A stretch of 64,000 bases of DNA, from assembly GCA_032249135.1 (NCBI GenBank), contig JAVVGL010000006.1, positions 19,792 to 83,791 on the forward strand. Reading direction: 5' to 3'. The notes under the pieces are model-generated. The model ran no database searches, was not told where the DNA came from, and worked only from the letters and a program-made list of their open reading frames with translations. The translations under genes and the position numbers were made by a program. Shown here piece after piece: positions 1 through 9,186 of this stretch. This DNA comes from Candidatus Calescibacterium sp. Its GTDB lineage: Bacteria > Calescibacteriota > Calescibacteriia > Calescibacteriales > Calescibacteriaceae. The stretch's first letter is position 1. Every line of letters starts with the position of its first letter.

Positions 1-2484
1 ATTTATGATACAACACCGGGAAGAGTTATTTTCTATCAGGATGTTCTCCCCAAAAAATTGTGCTTCAAACTTGTAAATAGACCTCTTGGGAAAAAAGAGA
101 TAATAGACCTTGTTGCAATTTCTCGGCAGATAGCAGGTGAAAAAGAAACAGTCATATTCCTTGACAAAATGAAAGAAATAGGCTTTGAGATGCTAACGAG
201 ATCTGGTTTTACTCTTTCCCCTGATCACTTTATAATTCCCGAGGAGAAGCAGAATCTCATTCAAGAAGCGGAAAAAATAGTTAAAGACATAGAAGATAAG
301 TATTCAAGAAGATTGATAACTTGGGGAGAAAGGTATAATAAAATAACTCAGGTGTGGCTTGACTATACAGAAAAAATTGGACAACTTGTGAAAGAAAAAA
401 TTTCAACGGAAGAGGTTATAGTGAATGGAACTCGTGTCAAGACTATGAGTAAAAATCCTGTGTTTCTGATGGTTCATTCTGGTTCTCGAGGTTCATATGA
501 GCAAATAAAACAGCTTGCTGGTATGAGAGGAATAGTTGCAAAACCAACGGGAGAGCTGATTGAGTTCCCTATAAAGCACAATCTCCGCGAAGGTCTTACT
601 CCGTTAGAATACTTTATTTCAACTCATGGGGGGAGAAAGGGGCTTGCTGATACAGCTCTGAAAACAGCAAAAGCTGGATATCTTACAAGAAAGCTCGTTG
701 ATGTTGCCCAGGATATAGTAGTTAAAATTGAGGACTGTGGAACTAAAAAATCAATAACTATGACTGCGCTAACGCATGGTGGTGAAGTTTTAAGGTCTCT
801 CTCTCAGAGAATTTTTGGAAGAGTTGCAGCAGAGGACATAACATCACCAGAAACCGGTGAGATAATAGTCAAAAAAGGAGAGTTCATTACCAAAGATAAA
901 GCAAAGCTCATAGAGGAACTCGGTATAGAATCTGTGAGAATAAGGAGTGTGATTACATGTGAGGTTGAGGATGGAGTATGTGTAAAATGCTATGGATGGG
1001 ACCTTTCTTCATGGAAACCCGTCACTCTCGGTGAGGCTGTTGGAATAATTGCAGCTCAAAGTATAGGGGAACCCGGAACACAGCTTACGATGAGAACATT
1101 CCACTACGGTGGTGTCGGAGCGATAGCGGAAAGAGGAGATATTATAGCACATCATGATGGAGTTGTAAGAATAGATGCTAAAACGATTGAACTTGCTATC
1201 TCGCGGGATGAGATGGAAAAGCTTGGTTTAAGCAAAGAGGAACTCATAGATGGAAAGAAAATTTTGCGTGTCGTATCAAGATTTGGGTATCTTGATATAC
1301 TATCAGATAAGGGAAGAGTTCTTGAAAGGTATGAGCTCCGCTATGGAGCTTCTGTTCTTGTTAGACCGCAGGATAAAGTTAAAAAAGGGCAAAGGCTTGC
1401 AGTGTGGAACCCATTTGCTAACCTTATCCTTACGCATGTTTCCGGGAAAGTTAAGTTCAAAGATATAGTATCAGGAGTTACTGTTGTAGAGAAGAAAGAA
1501 GAGGTAACAGGAAAAATTGTCAGGACAATTGTTGAACCAATAGGTGAAGCTTCGCAAAAGCTGAGACCTTCCATTATTGTTGAAACAGATAGTGGAGATG
1601 AGGTGGTATATCCGTTGCCGGTTAAGGCTACGATATCGGTTGAGGAAGGAGCATATGTTAGAGCAGGTGAGGAGATAGCAAGAGTTGAGACAGGGTATGC
1701 GAAAACCAAAGATATAACAACGGGTCTGCCCAAAGCTGAGGAATTCTTTGAGGTAAGGAAACCAAAAGATGAAGCGATAGTTTCTGAAATATCAGGTAGA
1801 GTTGAAAAAATAGAAGACCTCAGAGATGGAAGAAAGAAGGTTGTAATAAGAGCTGGGAGAATAGTAAGAGAATACAAAATTCCAAAAAATAGGCATGTTA
1901 TTGTCGTAGTGGGAGATGTGGTTAGCGCGGGAGAGGCTTTGACAGATGGAACACCGAACCCCAAAACACTTTTGAGAATAAGAGGACCAGAATATGTTGG
2001 CTACTTCCTCCTGAACGAGATACAGAAAATATACTCCTCTCAGGGAATAGATATAAACGATAAACACTTTGAGATAATAATCCGTCAGATGCTAAGGCGT
2101 GTGAAAATTAAAGATCCGGGAGATAGTCAGTTTACTCCGGGTGAAATTGTTGATAGATTCTTTGTAGATAGAGTAAATAAAGAGCTCAGGGCACAGGGCA
2201 AAAGACCAGCTACTTACGAGTACACTCTTTTAGGTATTACCAGAGCCGCTCTTTACTCCGATTCCTGGATTGCAGCAGCGTCTTTCCAAGAAACTCCAAA
2301 AGTTTTGGTTCAGGCAGCTATTGAATCAAAAATAGATTATCTCAAGGGGATAAAGGAGAATATAATTGTTGGAAAACTTATTCCGGCTGGAACAAACTTC
2401 CCACTATATAGAGATACTGGAATAACAATAGAGGATCAACATATAACTGAAGAAGCCGTTGAACGAGAATTACTTTCGGCATAG
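1..2484 (+). CDS. rpoC: DNA-directed RNA polymerase subunit beta-prime, C-terminal part (5' end upstream of window)
   Basis: Frame 1 is open from nt 1 (IYDTTPGRVIF...), so the ORF-track Met at 58 is internal. It carries canonical beta-prime blocks: AAQSIGEPGTQLTMRTFHYGG (trigger loop), TGLPKAEEFFEVRKPK, ITRAALYSDSWIAAASFQETPKVL and KENIIVGKLIPAGT. Confidence 0.95.
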   Translation: MYDTTPGRVIFYQDVLPKKLCFKLVNRPLGKKEIIDLVAISRQIAGEKETVIFLDKMKEIGFEMLTRSGFTLSPDHFIIPEEKQNLIQEAEKIVKDIEDKYSRRLITWGERYNKITQVWLDYTEKIGQLVKEKISTEEVIVNGTRVKTMSKNPVFLMVHSGSRGSYEQIKQLAGMRGIVAKPTGELIEFPIKHNLREGLTPLEYFISTHGGRKGLADTALKTAKAGYLTRKLVDVAQDIVVKIEDCGTKKSITMTALTHGGEVLRSLSQRIFGRVAAEDITSPETGEIIVKKGEFITKDKAKLIEELGIESVRIRSVITCEVEDGVCVKCYGWDLSSWKPVTLGEAVGIIAAQSIGEPGTQLTMRTFHYGGVGAIAERGDIIAHHDGVVRIDAKTIELAISRDEMEKLGLSKEELIDGKKILRVVSRFGYLDILSDKGRVLERYELRYGASVLVRPQDKVKKGQRLAVWNPFANLILTHVSGKVKFKDIVSGVTVVEKKEEVTGKIVRTIVEPIGEASQKLRPSIIVETDSGDEVVYPLPVKATISVEEGAYVRAGEEIARVETGYAKTKDITTGLPKAEEFFEVRKPKDEAIVSEISGRVEKIEDLRDGRKKVVIRAGRIVREYKIPKNRHVIVVVGDVVSAGEALTDGTPNPKTLLRIRGPEYVGYFLLNEIQKIYSSQGIDINDKHFEIIIRQMLRRVKIKDPGDSQFTPGEIVDRFFVDRVNKELRAQGKRPATYEYTLLGITRAALYSDSWIAAASFQETPKVLVQAAIESKIDYLKGIKENIIVGKLIPAGTNFPLYRDTGITIEDQHITEEAVERELLSA

Positions 2485-2485
2485 T

Positions 2486-3967
2486 ATGGAAATTATTATA
2501 TCTGCTCTTGAAGAAGATGGCATAATTTCTCGCAAGAAATCCGAAGAAATAAGAAGGTGGGTTACAGAAAGAGGAAAAAGAGTTTCGGAAATCCTCATTG
2601 AAACAGGAATCTTCGGCGATGAATCATTTTGCGAGTGGATGGAAAGAAAATTTGGATTTCAATCCGTAAGGTCAGAGGATGAGATATGGGAATCGCTCGT
2701 AAAACTTTTCCCAAAAAGTATGCTTACAAACTTTATGTTCATACCGGTAAGGTATGAAAATGAAAAATTAGTTGTTGCATCTCCTGAACCTTTTGATGTA
2801 CCTACAAATAAAATATCTGAAATATCCGGATCAGAAGTTGAAGTCAGAGTTTGTTCTCCTCGTCTTGTGAAAAAATTGATATCGGCTTCATTTCGGGAAG
2901 GTGAAGAAGGCGGAGCAGAAGAATTCTTAAGCAAAATAATATCAGAAGCAATAAATAAAAATGCAACAGATATACATATAATACCATCCGAAAACGAGTG
3001 TAAGATAAAATTCAGAATAGATGGGAGACTGAGGGACTTCCAGAAAATATCAAATCTTACTTTTCGTTTGATTACGAACAGAATAAAGGTTCTTTCTCAA
3101 CTTGACATATCTGAAAGAAGAATGCCGCAGGATGGCAGGTTTTCTTTCGAAGGATACGATATAAGAGTTTCCGTAGTGCCAACGATATATGGAGAGAAAA
3201 CGGCTTTGAGGATTCTCAAAAAAACTTTTGACTTTTCGCTCCAAAATATAGGTTTAAATGATTCACAAATAAAACTCATCAAGGAGGCGGTTAATAAACA
3301 ATCAGGGTTCATTTTCGTAGCTGGTCCAACTGGTTCAGGAAAAACTACGACAATATACTCAATTTTGCTTGAAATTCCAAGAGATGAGTTCAATGTTTTT
3401 TCCATAGAGGATCCTGTGGAGTATTTTGTAGATGGAGTAAATCAAATACAAATAAACGATGCAATTGGGCTCACTTTCTCAAAAGTTCTCCGTCATGTTT
3501 TAAGGCAGGATCCAGATGTTATTTTCGTGGGTGAGTTGAGAGATTTTGAATCGGCAGATATTGCGATAAAATCGGCTCTTACGGGACACCTTGTTTTGAC
3601 CACAGTACACGCAAAAGATGTTGCATCAGCAATTTTGAGGTTCATAAATCTTGGAGTGCAACCTTACATTCTTGTTTCAGCTTTAAGTTTTGGAATATCT
3701 CAGAGATTGGTGAGGAAAATTTGCCAAAATTGTGGAGGAAAAAAGTGTAGTGTGTGTAAAACAGGATTTTTGGGAAGGCAGGCTGTATTTGAGCTGATAT
3801 ACTTTGATGAGAAATTGAAATCAAAAATAAGAGAAAAAGAAAATTGGACGGAAGAGGAATTGAGAGATTTGTTCAGAAAAATGGGATTTAGTTTGCTTGA
3901 AGACGAAATAAAAAAGAAAGTTCAGGAAGGAATAACAACTGAGGAGGAAGGAAAATTTGTTCTTTAA
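2486..3967 (+). CDS. Type II secretion / type IV pilus assembly ATPase (GspE/PilB family)
   Basis: It has a Walker A motif (VAGPTGSGKTTT), Asp/His box region (FSIEDPVEY, LRQDPDVIFVGELRD, GHLVLTTVHA), a C-terminal tetra-Cys cluster (CQNCGGKKCSVC) and an N-terminal T2SSE_N-like helical domain. The start is uncertain: ATG 2486 is preferred, while the ORF track uses TTG 2459, which overlaps the rpoC stop. Confidence 0.85.
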   Translation: MEIIISALEEDGIISRKKSEEIRRWVTERGKRVSEILIETGIFGDESFCEWMERKFGFQSVRSEDEIWESLVKLFPKSMLTNFMFIPVRYENEKLVVASPEPFDVPTNKISEISGSEVEVRVCSPRLVKKLISASFREGEEGGAEEFLSKIISEAINKNATDIHIIPSENECKIKFRIDGRLRDFQKISNLTFRLITNRIKVLSQLDISERRMPQDGRFSFEGYDIRVSVVPTIYGEKTALRILKKTFDFSLQNIGLNDSQIKLIKEAVNKQSGFIFVAGPTGSGKTTTIYSILLEIPRDEFNVFSIEDPVEYFVDGVNQIQINDAIGLTFSKVLRHVLRQDPDVIFVGELRDFESADIAIKSALTGHLVLTTVHAKDVASAILRFINLGVQPYILVSALSFGISQRLVRKICQNCGGKKCSVCKTGFLGRQAVFELIYFDEKLKSKIREKENWTEEELRDLFRKMGFSLLEDEIKKKVQEGITTEEEGKFVL

Positions 3968-4063
3968 AAAACTTCTAAGTGAAGAGAAAAAGCAAAATAA
4001 AGTGTTGGAAAAATTTTGTTTAAAAAATCAAAAGTTAAAAAATAAAAAGTTAATCTATAAAGG

Positions 4064-4537
4064 ATGAACAAGGTAATAATACCAGAGGGGGTTAAGGCAA
4101 AAAATGTTGAAAGGCAACCGGGAATAATTGAAAAAATATACGCAAGCATAGTGGGTGGATTTGGAGTAACTTCAAAACACATCTTTGAGAAGAAAGTCAC
4201 ATTAAGATACCCGGAGGAGAGAAAAGAGCTCCCAAAAGATTACAGGGGAAGACATTACCTTGATATAGAAAAATGTGTAGCTTGTGAATTCTGTGCATCA
4301 GCTTGTCCGGTAGATATAATATTCATAGTAGGTGAACCTCATCCAGAAAAAGTCCGACACCCGAGAGTTTTTAATATAGACATTCTCAAATGCATATTCT
4401 GTGGATACTGTGTTGAAGCATGTCCAACAGGAGCGTTGCAGATGTTGGATGTATATGAAGTTTATTCTCCTGAAAGATTTATTCTCACCATAGATGAACT
4501 TACGAAGAAACCAGAATTTTTTGAAGAAAAAGCGTAA
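4064..4537 (+). CDS. nuoI: NADH-quinone oxidoreductase subunit I-like 2x[4Fe-4S] ferredoxin
   Basis: The N-terminal block TLRYPEERKELPKDYRGRHYL is typical of NuoI. There are two CxxCxxCxxxCP motifs (CVACEFCASACP, CIFCGYCVEACP). No other nuo genes are nearby. Confidence 0.8.
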   Translation: MNKVIIPEGVKAKNVERQPGIIEKIYASIVGGFGVTSKHIFEKKVTLRYPEERKELPKDYRGRHYLDIEKCVACEFCASACPVDIIFIVGEPHPEKVRHPRVFNIDILKCIFCGYCVEACPTGALQMLDVYEVYSPERFILTIDELTKKPEFFEEKA

Positions 4538-4576
4538 GCAAAAATTTTAGATTTTATTTCTTTTCTTTCAATAAAT

Positions 4577-5959
4577 TCAGTTGACAGGGAGTGAAAGAGC
4601 GACGAAATTATTTGTTTTTTCGGACTCTTTTAAACTTAATATTTTTACCGGGATCAAATCTCCGAGTTTATAATTTTTCGTTGAATTGAAAATAATTCGG
4701 ATATAATTTTCTGTTGTTCCAGTAAAATATCCTTCCTCATTACTCTCCTCAATTAGGGCATAAAAGACTTTTCCGAAACAACTTCTTATGAATTCCTCCC
4801 TTTTTATCCGAGCTAACTTTATGAGTTCAGATTCTCTTGATTTTACTTCGCTTTCTGGGAGTCTTTTCATAAAATATGCAGGTGTTCGTGGTCTTGGAGA
4901 AAATGGAAAAACATGGATGTGCCCAACAGGAGATTTCTTGAGGTTCTCCAAAGTTATTCTGAAATCTTCTTCTGTTTCTCCTGGGAAACCTACTATTATA
5001 TCTGTTCCTATGCATGCATCTTTGAAAATATCAAGGAGTTTTTGAGAATCTGAGATGAAGTCTTCAAATGTATGCCATCTTCTCATAAGCTTTAAAATGC
5101 GGTTTGAACCGGACTGAACTGAAATATGAAAGTGAGGACAGAAAATTTTTTTCCCCAAAGAAAGTCCCTCAAGTAGATCATCATCTATTTCTCCCGGTGA
5201 TAAAGATGAGAACCTTATTCTAAAATCGGAAAATCTATAAAAAGCTTTTGCTATTTCTTTTACAAGTTTTCCAAAAGTCATATCAGATGAATTTGTTTTT
5301 TTTCCAGTTTGTCCATATAACGCAAGATGAGTTCCGACCAAAACTACCTCCTTTATTCCAAAATCGTAATACCTTTTTATATATTCTATTACCTTTGATT
5401 TATCAAGGAATCTTGGCAAGCCACGTGTTAGTGGAATGGAGCAGAATGTACAAAATCTTGAACAACCCTCTTGTATTTTGAGATAAACTCTGTGTCTTGG
5501 AAAAAGATCTGGGTAAAGTGAATATTCTTCATCTTCTATTTCATTTTCTACTTGTTCTCCGTTTGTTTTTTGATTTTCACCGTTGGTTTTTTGATCTTGG
5601 TTTTGTACTCCTAAAATTTCACTTATCACCTTTGATATGTTTTCTTCTGTGTATTTTCCAGCTCCTATTGTGATATCTGCTCCGAAACTCATAACTTTTT
5701 TCAAATCAAGGTTGGGTAAGCAACCTGATACGAATACTTTTTTTCCGTGTCTTTTTGCTCTCCTTATATATTTTGCGAGCTCTTTTTCTGCGTCTTCGGT
5801 AACAGAGCACGAATTCAGAATCACAAAATCTGAGTTTTCAAGATCACTTTCTTCAAAATCAACATATTTTCTGATCTTCCCAAGAATATAAAAAAGGTCT
5901 GCAAAGTTTGTTTTACAACCAAAATTCTTAAAATGTATTTTTATTTTTTGAGATGACAT
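4577..5959 (-). CDS. Radical-SAM methylthiotransferase, MiaB/RimO/MtaB family (MtaB-like)
   Basis: The N-terminal UPF0004 domain has FGCKTNFAD and NSCSVT. The radical-SAM motif is QEGCSRFCTFCSIP, and there is a C-terminal TRAM-like segment. An N/Q/K/E low-complexity insert is present (QNQDQKTNGENQKTNGEQVENEIEDEE). Confidence 0.8.
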   Translation of the reverse strand: MSSQKIKIHFKNFGCKTNFADLFYILGKIRKYVDFEESDLENSDFVILNSCSVTEDAEKELAKYIRRAKRHGKKVFVSGCLPNLDLKKVMSFGADITIGAGKYTEENISKVISEILGVQNQDQKTNGENQKTNGEQVENEIEDEEYSLYPDLFPRHRVYLKIQEGCSRFCTFCSIPLTRGLPRFLDKSKVIEYIKRYYDFGIKEVVLVGTHLALYGQTGKKTNSSDMTFGKLVKEIAKAFYRFSDFRIRFSSLSPGEIDDDLLEGLSLGKKIFCPHFHISVQSGSNRILKLMRRWHTFEDFISDSQKLLDIFKDACIGTDIIVGFPGETEEDFRITLENLKKSPVGHIHVFPFSPRPRTPAYFMKRLPESEVKSRESELIKLARIKREEFIRSCFGKVFYALIEESNEEGYFTGTTENYIRIIFNSTKNYKLGDLIPVKILSLKESEKTNNFVALSLPVN

Positions 5960-5974
5960 GTTTATTTATCTTTT

Positions 5975-7027
5975 TTATTCTGATTCTCTTCGGTTCTTTT
6001 CACTTCTTATATATTGTAATATTTCGTTTTTGGTGATATTTAAAATTTCTTTTGCAATTTTATTTTTATCTTGAAGTTTTGAAAGTTCTTTCCAATCTTG
6101 AACTTTCAGGTTGAACCCTGCGGCATTTTTGTGTCCTCCGCCTCCGTATTTTCTTGCTATTTCTGCTACATCTATTTCACCTTGTGACCTCATACTAACT
6201 TTGAAAATTCCGGGATACTTTTCTCTTACAAAAATTGAAGCTACAACACCATCAATACTCCTTATCAAATCTATGAACTCATCTGAGTCTTCATCTTTTG
6301 CCGATGATTTTTCAAAATCCTCCAGAAGAAGATAAGATGAAGAAATTGAATCTTCTACTTTTAGTCTTGAAAGGAAGAAAGAGAGTAATTTGTATTTTCT
6401 TAAAGTTGCATATTTTAGAGTTTTCATAACAGCTTCAAGATTTGCACCGCTCTCAACAAGTTCTGCAGCAATTTTTAAAGACCTTGAATCAACGGTAGGA
6501 AGTATGAATCCCATAGTATCTTTTGCTATTGCGGCATAGATGTTTGTTGCAATATCAGGGGTTATCTTCACTTTGAGCTCTTTTAAAACCTCATATATAA
6601 GTACTCCGCAGGAGGGAGCGGAAGGGTCAACATAATTGAATGTTCCAAAATTTTCCCCTTTTGAATGGTGATCTATATTAACTATTGTTGTGCGTACGGC
6701 AAAACTTTTTGCTTCTTCTCCTATTCTATCTAATGTTGCACAATCTACAACGCAGAATATATCAGGTAGAAAATCTGGAAGGTGATTTTTTATTTTCTCA
6801 TAACCCGGCAAAAACTTCGCAGATTCAAGGCAATCTTTGTTGTAAATGAAAACTTTTTTCCCGAGCATTTCAAGGGCAAGTCCCAAAGCCAAAGATGAGC
6901 CTATCGCATCTGGTTCTGGTCCTTCGTGCGATGCTATAACAATACTATTTGCTTCTGCAAGAACCTCTGCTACGATTTTTCTCGGATGATAAATTACATT
7001 TCCATCTTTTTCAATTTCTTCAAACAT
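5975..7027 (-). CDS. DHH/DHHA1 phosphoesterase (NrnA-like oligoribonuclease / pAp phosphatase)
   Basis: It carries DHH motifs (IASHEGPEPDAIGS, VDCA, NIDHH) and the DHHA1 motif GGGGHKNAAG. Confidence 0.8.
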   Translation of the reverse strand: MFEEIEKDGNVIYHPRKIVAEVLAEANSIVIASHEGPEPDAIGSSLALGLALEMLGKKVFIYNKDCLESAKFLPGYEKIKNHLPDFLPDIFCVVDCATLDRIGEEAKSFAVRTTIVNIDHHSKGENFGTFNYVDPSAPSCGVLIYEVLKELKVKITPDIATNIYAAIAKDTMGFILPTVDSRSLKIAAELVESGANLEAVMKTLKYATLRKYKLLSFFLSRLKVEDSISSSYLLLEDFEKSSAKDEDSDEFIDLIRSIDGVVASIFVREKYPGIFKVSMRSQGEIDVAEIARKYGGGGHKNAAGFNLKVQDWKELSKLQDKNKIAKEILNITKNEILQYIRSEKNRRESE

Positions 7028-7100
7028 AAAAAGTAATATAAATTAAAAAAGAAGGAAAGGTTAAAGAAAAATACAGAAAAATCTAACTTTACCTTAAAAA

Positions 7101-9119
7101 TTAGTTTTTTCTTTTTTCTCTCCTTTTTACTATCAGAAATATCAAATATAAGATCAGATTAAAGTATGTTCCGATTATGGAGAGTAAATTTACATTATAA
7201 GATGAGCAGGAGCATCCGAATTCACCGGATGCTCCGAATTTGTCCTGAGGTTTGTTTCCCAAGGTAGTTTCTGGATTTTGGACCTTGACAACCCAATTTC
7301 TTATCTCCTGAGAAATGCAATTAGATGCCCGAATAGAAAATCTGTAAATGCCTTCAGATGGAGGGGTTTTCCATATGATCTCTGCATATCCTTCATATGT
7401 GCTAATAGATTTTGCTTTTCCGCCATCGGAAAAATTAGCTCCATCGGGTTCTATTATTTCCAGAAAAATAGGAGGGGTGCCATTAATGTATATAGTTGCT
7501 TTATATTCACTTGATGGGGGTGCAAAATCATATTTTTCAGCATCCTTTATATTTGGGCTTCTCAGAACTACTTCTTGAGAGATTGGAGTTGCTCCCACAT
7601 TTATTCTATCAGGAAATTTCTCAAAAACAGCAATAATGACATCATGAGGCTTGCCTTCGTAGCCATAAGCCGCTGTTGCAGAATCTGGGAATACATCCCC
7701 TGATTTCCAGAAATCATTTGGTTGGCTTTCTAAACATTTTACAGATTCATTCTCTTTATTTATATCAATTTTTTCAAACCTCCAAACATCAGAATAAGTT
7801 CCTGTATTTTCATTATATTTGAAAGGCAAAACAACTTTCACTCCGTAATGCCTTGAACATGTAATAAAGTTTCCTTTGCTATCTTTTACTTCACCGCATG
7901 AATTTCCACATCCGGGGAAACATTCATAGACATTTACAGAGTTTGAACTAATACCGGAATTTACTATGTTTTCATCAATATGCCATATGAGGACTCCTTC
8001 GGAGGGAAAATCAGAATCAAATAGTTCTTTTTTTCTGAACTCAATAAGAAAATATTCGGTTTGAGAGGTTCCGCCATAAGCTGGAATTTTTAAAAAGAAT
8101 TGAGAGTTTGAGCTTGAAGAAATTGCATCACAGAAATCGTAAGTTACAAGTTTTGGAAAAGCCCAACCCAGATAAATTTTCTCCCACGGGGAAAGATTTG
8201 CCGGCAAAGTTCCAAAAGGAGTCCCTTTATACAAACCATATCCCATAAGGGAGTAAGGTCCGACACCACAAGATTGAATTCCGCCTTGTGAGTATCCGGC
8301 ATCGTATAGATCCGGTAGCCCGAGAAGATGACCAAACTCATGAGCCATAAGTCCCATATTGCCTTTTGGGAAAAACTGAGATATACCTGCTGCAATGACT
8401 CCGCCTTTTATAATTTTTCTCTCCTGCGTTGTAATATAAGTATAAAAAGCGTGAGACCAAATATCACAACACTTTGGATCATCATATGAATAAGGCAGAG
8501 TTTCAGCTCCTTGACCAGAATGTATAATAATGAAGCAGTCTACGATACCATCTGAATTTCCGTCAAATTTTGAGAAATCTATATCTTGGTCTGTGATTTG
8601 GACGAGCTCCCGCGCGAGATTTTGAGTCCCATTTCCCATACCACAATACCGAAAGCTTCCGTTTTTTGTTCCGCAAGCATAATCTGAAAGATTTGAGGAA
8701 ACCGTATAAGGTCCAAAAACTTCTCCGCTTATTTTTAATTTTCCTTGGGAGTTTATAAGCCAGAAATCTCTAAATGAAGGGAATTTGTAGATGGTGTTAG
8801 AAGTTATTGAGCCAACCATAAGCTCAGAAAAATATGATTTCGGGTCTGCGGAAACTCCGTATTTTGACAAATCAAATTTTTTATCTTGGAACTCTACTAA
8901 AATGATAGCACATCTGACATTACCCTCCCGTGGTGCTACTTGTTTTGGAGTTATGAAAGCCTCTGGAGATATTCTCATCAGAGATTTTGATGATTTGAAA
9001 CCAAGCCTTGTTGGCGTCCAAACTCCAGGGTATGGTGGAGCAGATAGAACATCAACTTGAAGCGATGGGAAAAATGATAATAATAAAAAAAGTGAAACCA
9101 TAAAGAAAAAAAGTAGCAT
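7101..9119 (-). CDS. Secreted M6-family (InhA-like) zinc metalloprotease with C-terminal membrane-anchor signal
   Basis: It has an N-terminal signal peptide and the signature HEFGHLLGLPDLYD (HExxH plus GLPDxY, typical of the M6 domain). A C-terminal Ig-like segment is followed by GEFGCSCSS, a TM helix and KRREKRKN. Confidence 0.8.
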   Translation of the reverse strand: MLLFFFMVSLFLLLSFFPSLQVDVLSAPPYPGVWTPTRLGFKSSKSLMRISPEAFITPKQVAPREGNVRCAIILVEFQDKKFDLSKYGVSADPKSYFSELMVGSITSNTIYKFPSFRDFWLINSQGKLKISGEVFGPYTVSSNLSDYACGTKNGSFRYCGMGNGTQNLARELVQITDQDIDFSKFDGNSDGIVDCFIIIHSGQGAETLPYSYDDPKCCDIWSHAFYTYITTQERKIIKGGVIAAGISQFFPKGNMGLMAHEFGHLLGLPDLYDAGYSQGGIQSCGVGPYSLMGYGLYKGTPFGTLPANLSPWEKIYLGWAFPKLVTYDFCDAISSSSNSQFFLKIPAYGGTSQTEYFLIEFRKKELFDSDFPSEGVLIWHIDENIVNSGISSNSVNVYECFPGCGNSCGEVKDSKGNFITCSRHYGVKVVLPFKYNENTGTYSDVWRFEKIDINKENESVKCLESQPNDFWKSGDVFPDSATAAYGYEGKPHDVIIAVFEKFPDRINVGATPISQEVVLRSPNIKDAEKYDFAPPSSEYKATIYINGTPPIFLEIIEPDGANFSDGGKAKSISTYEGYAEIIWKTPPSEGIYRFSIRASNCISQEIRNWVVKVQNPETTLGNKPQDKFGASGEFGCSCSSYNVNLLSIIGTYFNLILYLIFLIVKRREKRKN
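7104..7226 (-). other. C-terminal tripartite sorting-signal-like segment (GEFGCS motif, TM helix, polybasic tail)
   Basis: The translated tail is GEFGCSCSSYNVNLLSIIGTYFNLILYLIFLIVKRREKRKN*. The same architecture and Cys motif occur at the C-terminus of the 1982-aa protein. Confidence 0.6.
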
Positions 9120-9186
9120 AAAAATTATCTTAACAAATTAAATCAAAGAAAGTATTTTTTTGAAAAAGTATTTTTTTGGAAAAGAT

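Noticed and set aside
9148-9180. A direct repeat AAAGTATTTTTTTG(G)AAAAG x2 between cysS and the M6 protease gene.
   Set aside because: It is a short, A/T-rich two-copy repeat in a 67-nt spacer with no supporting structure or recurrence elsewhere in the window. That is insufficient to call a regulatory site.
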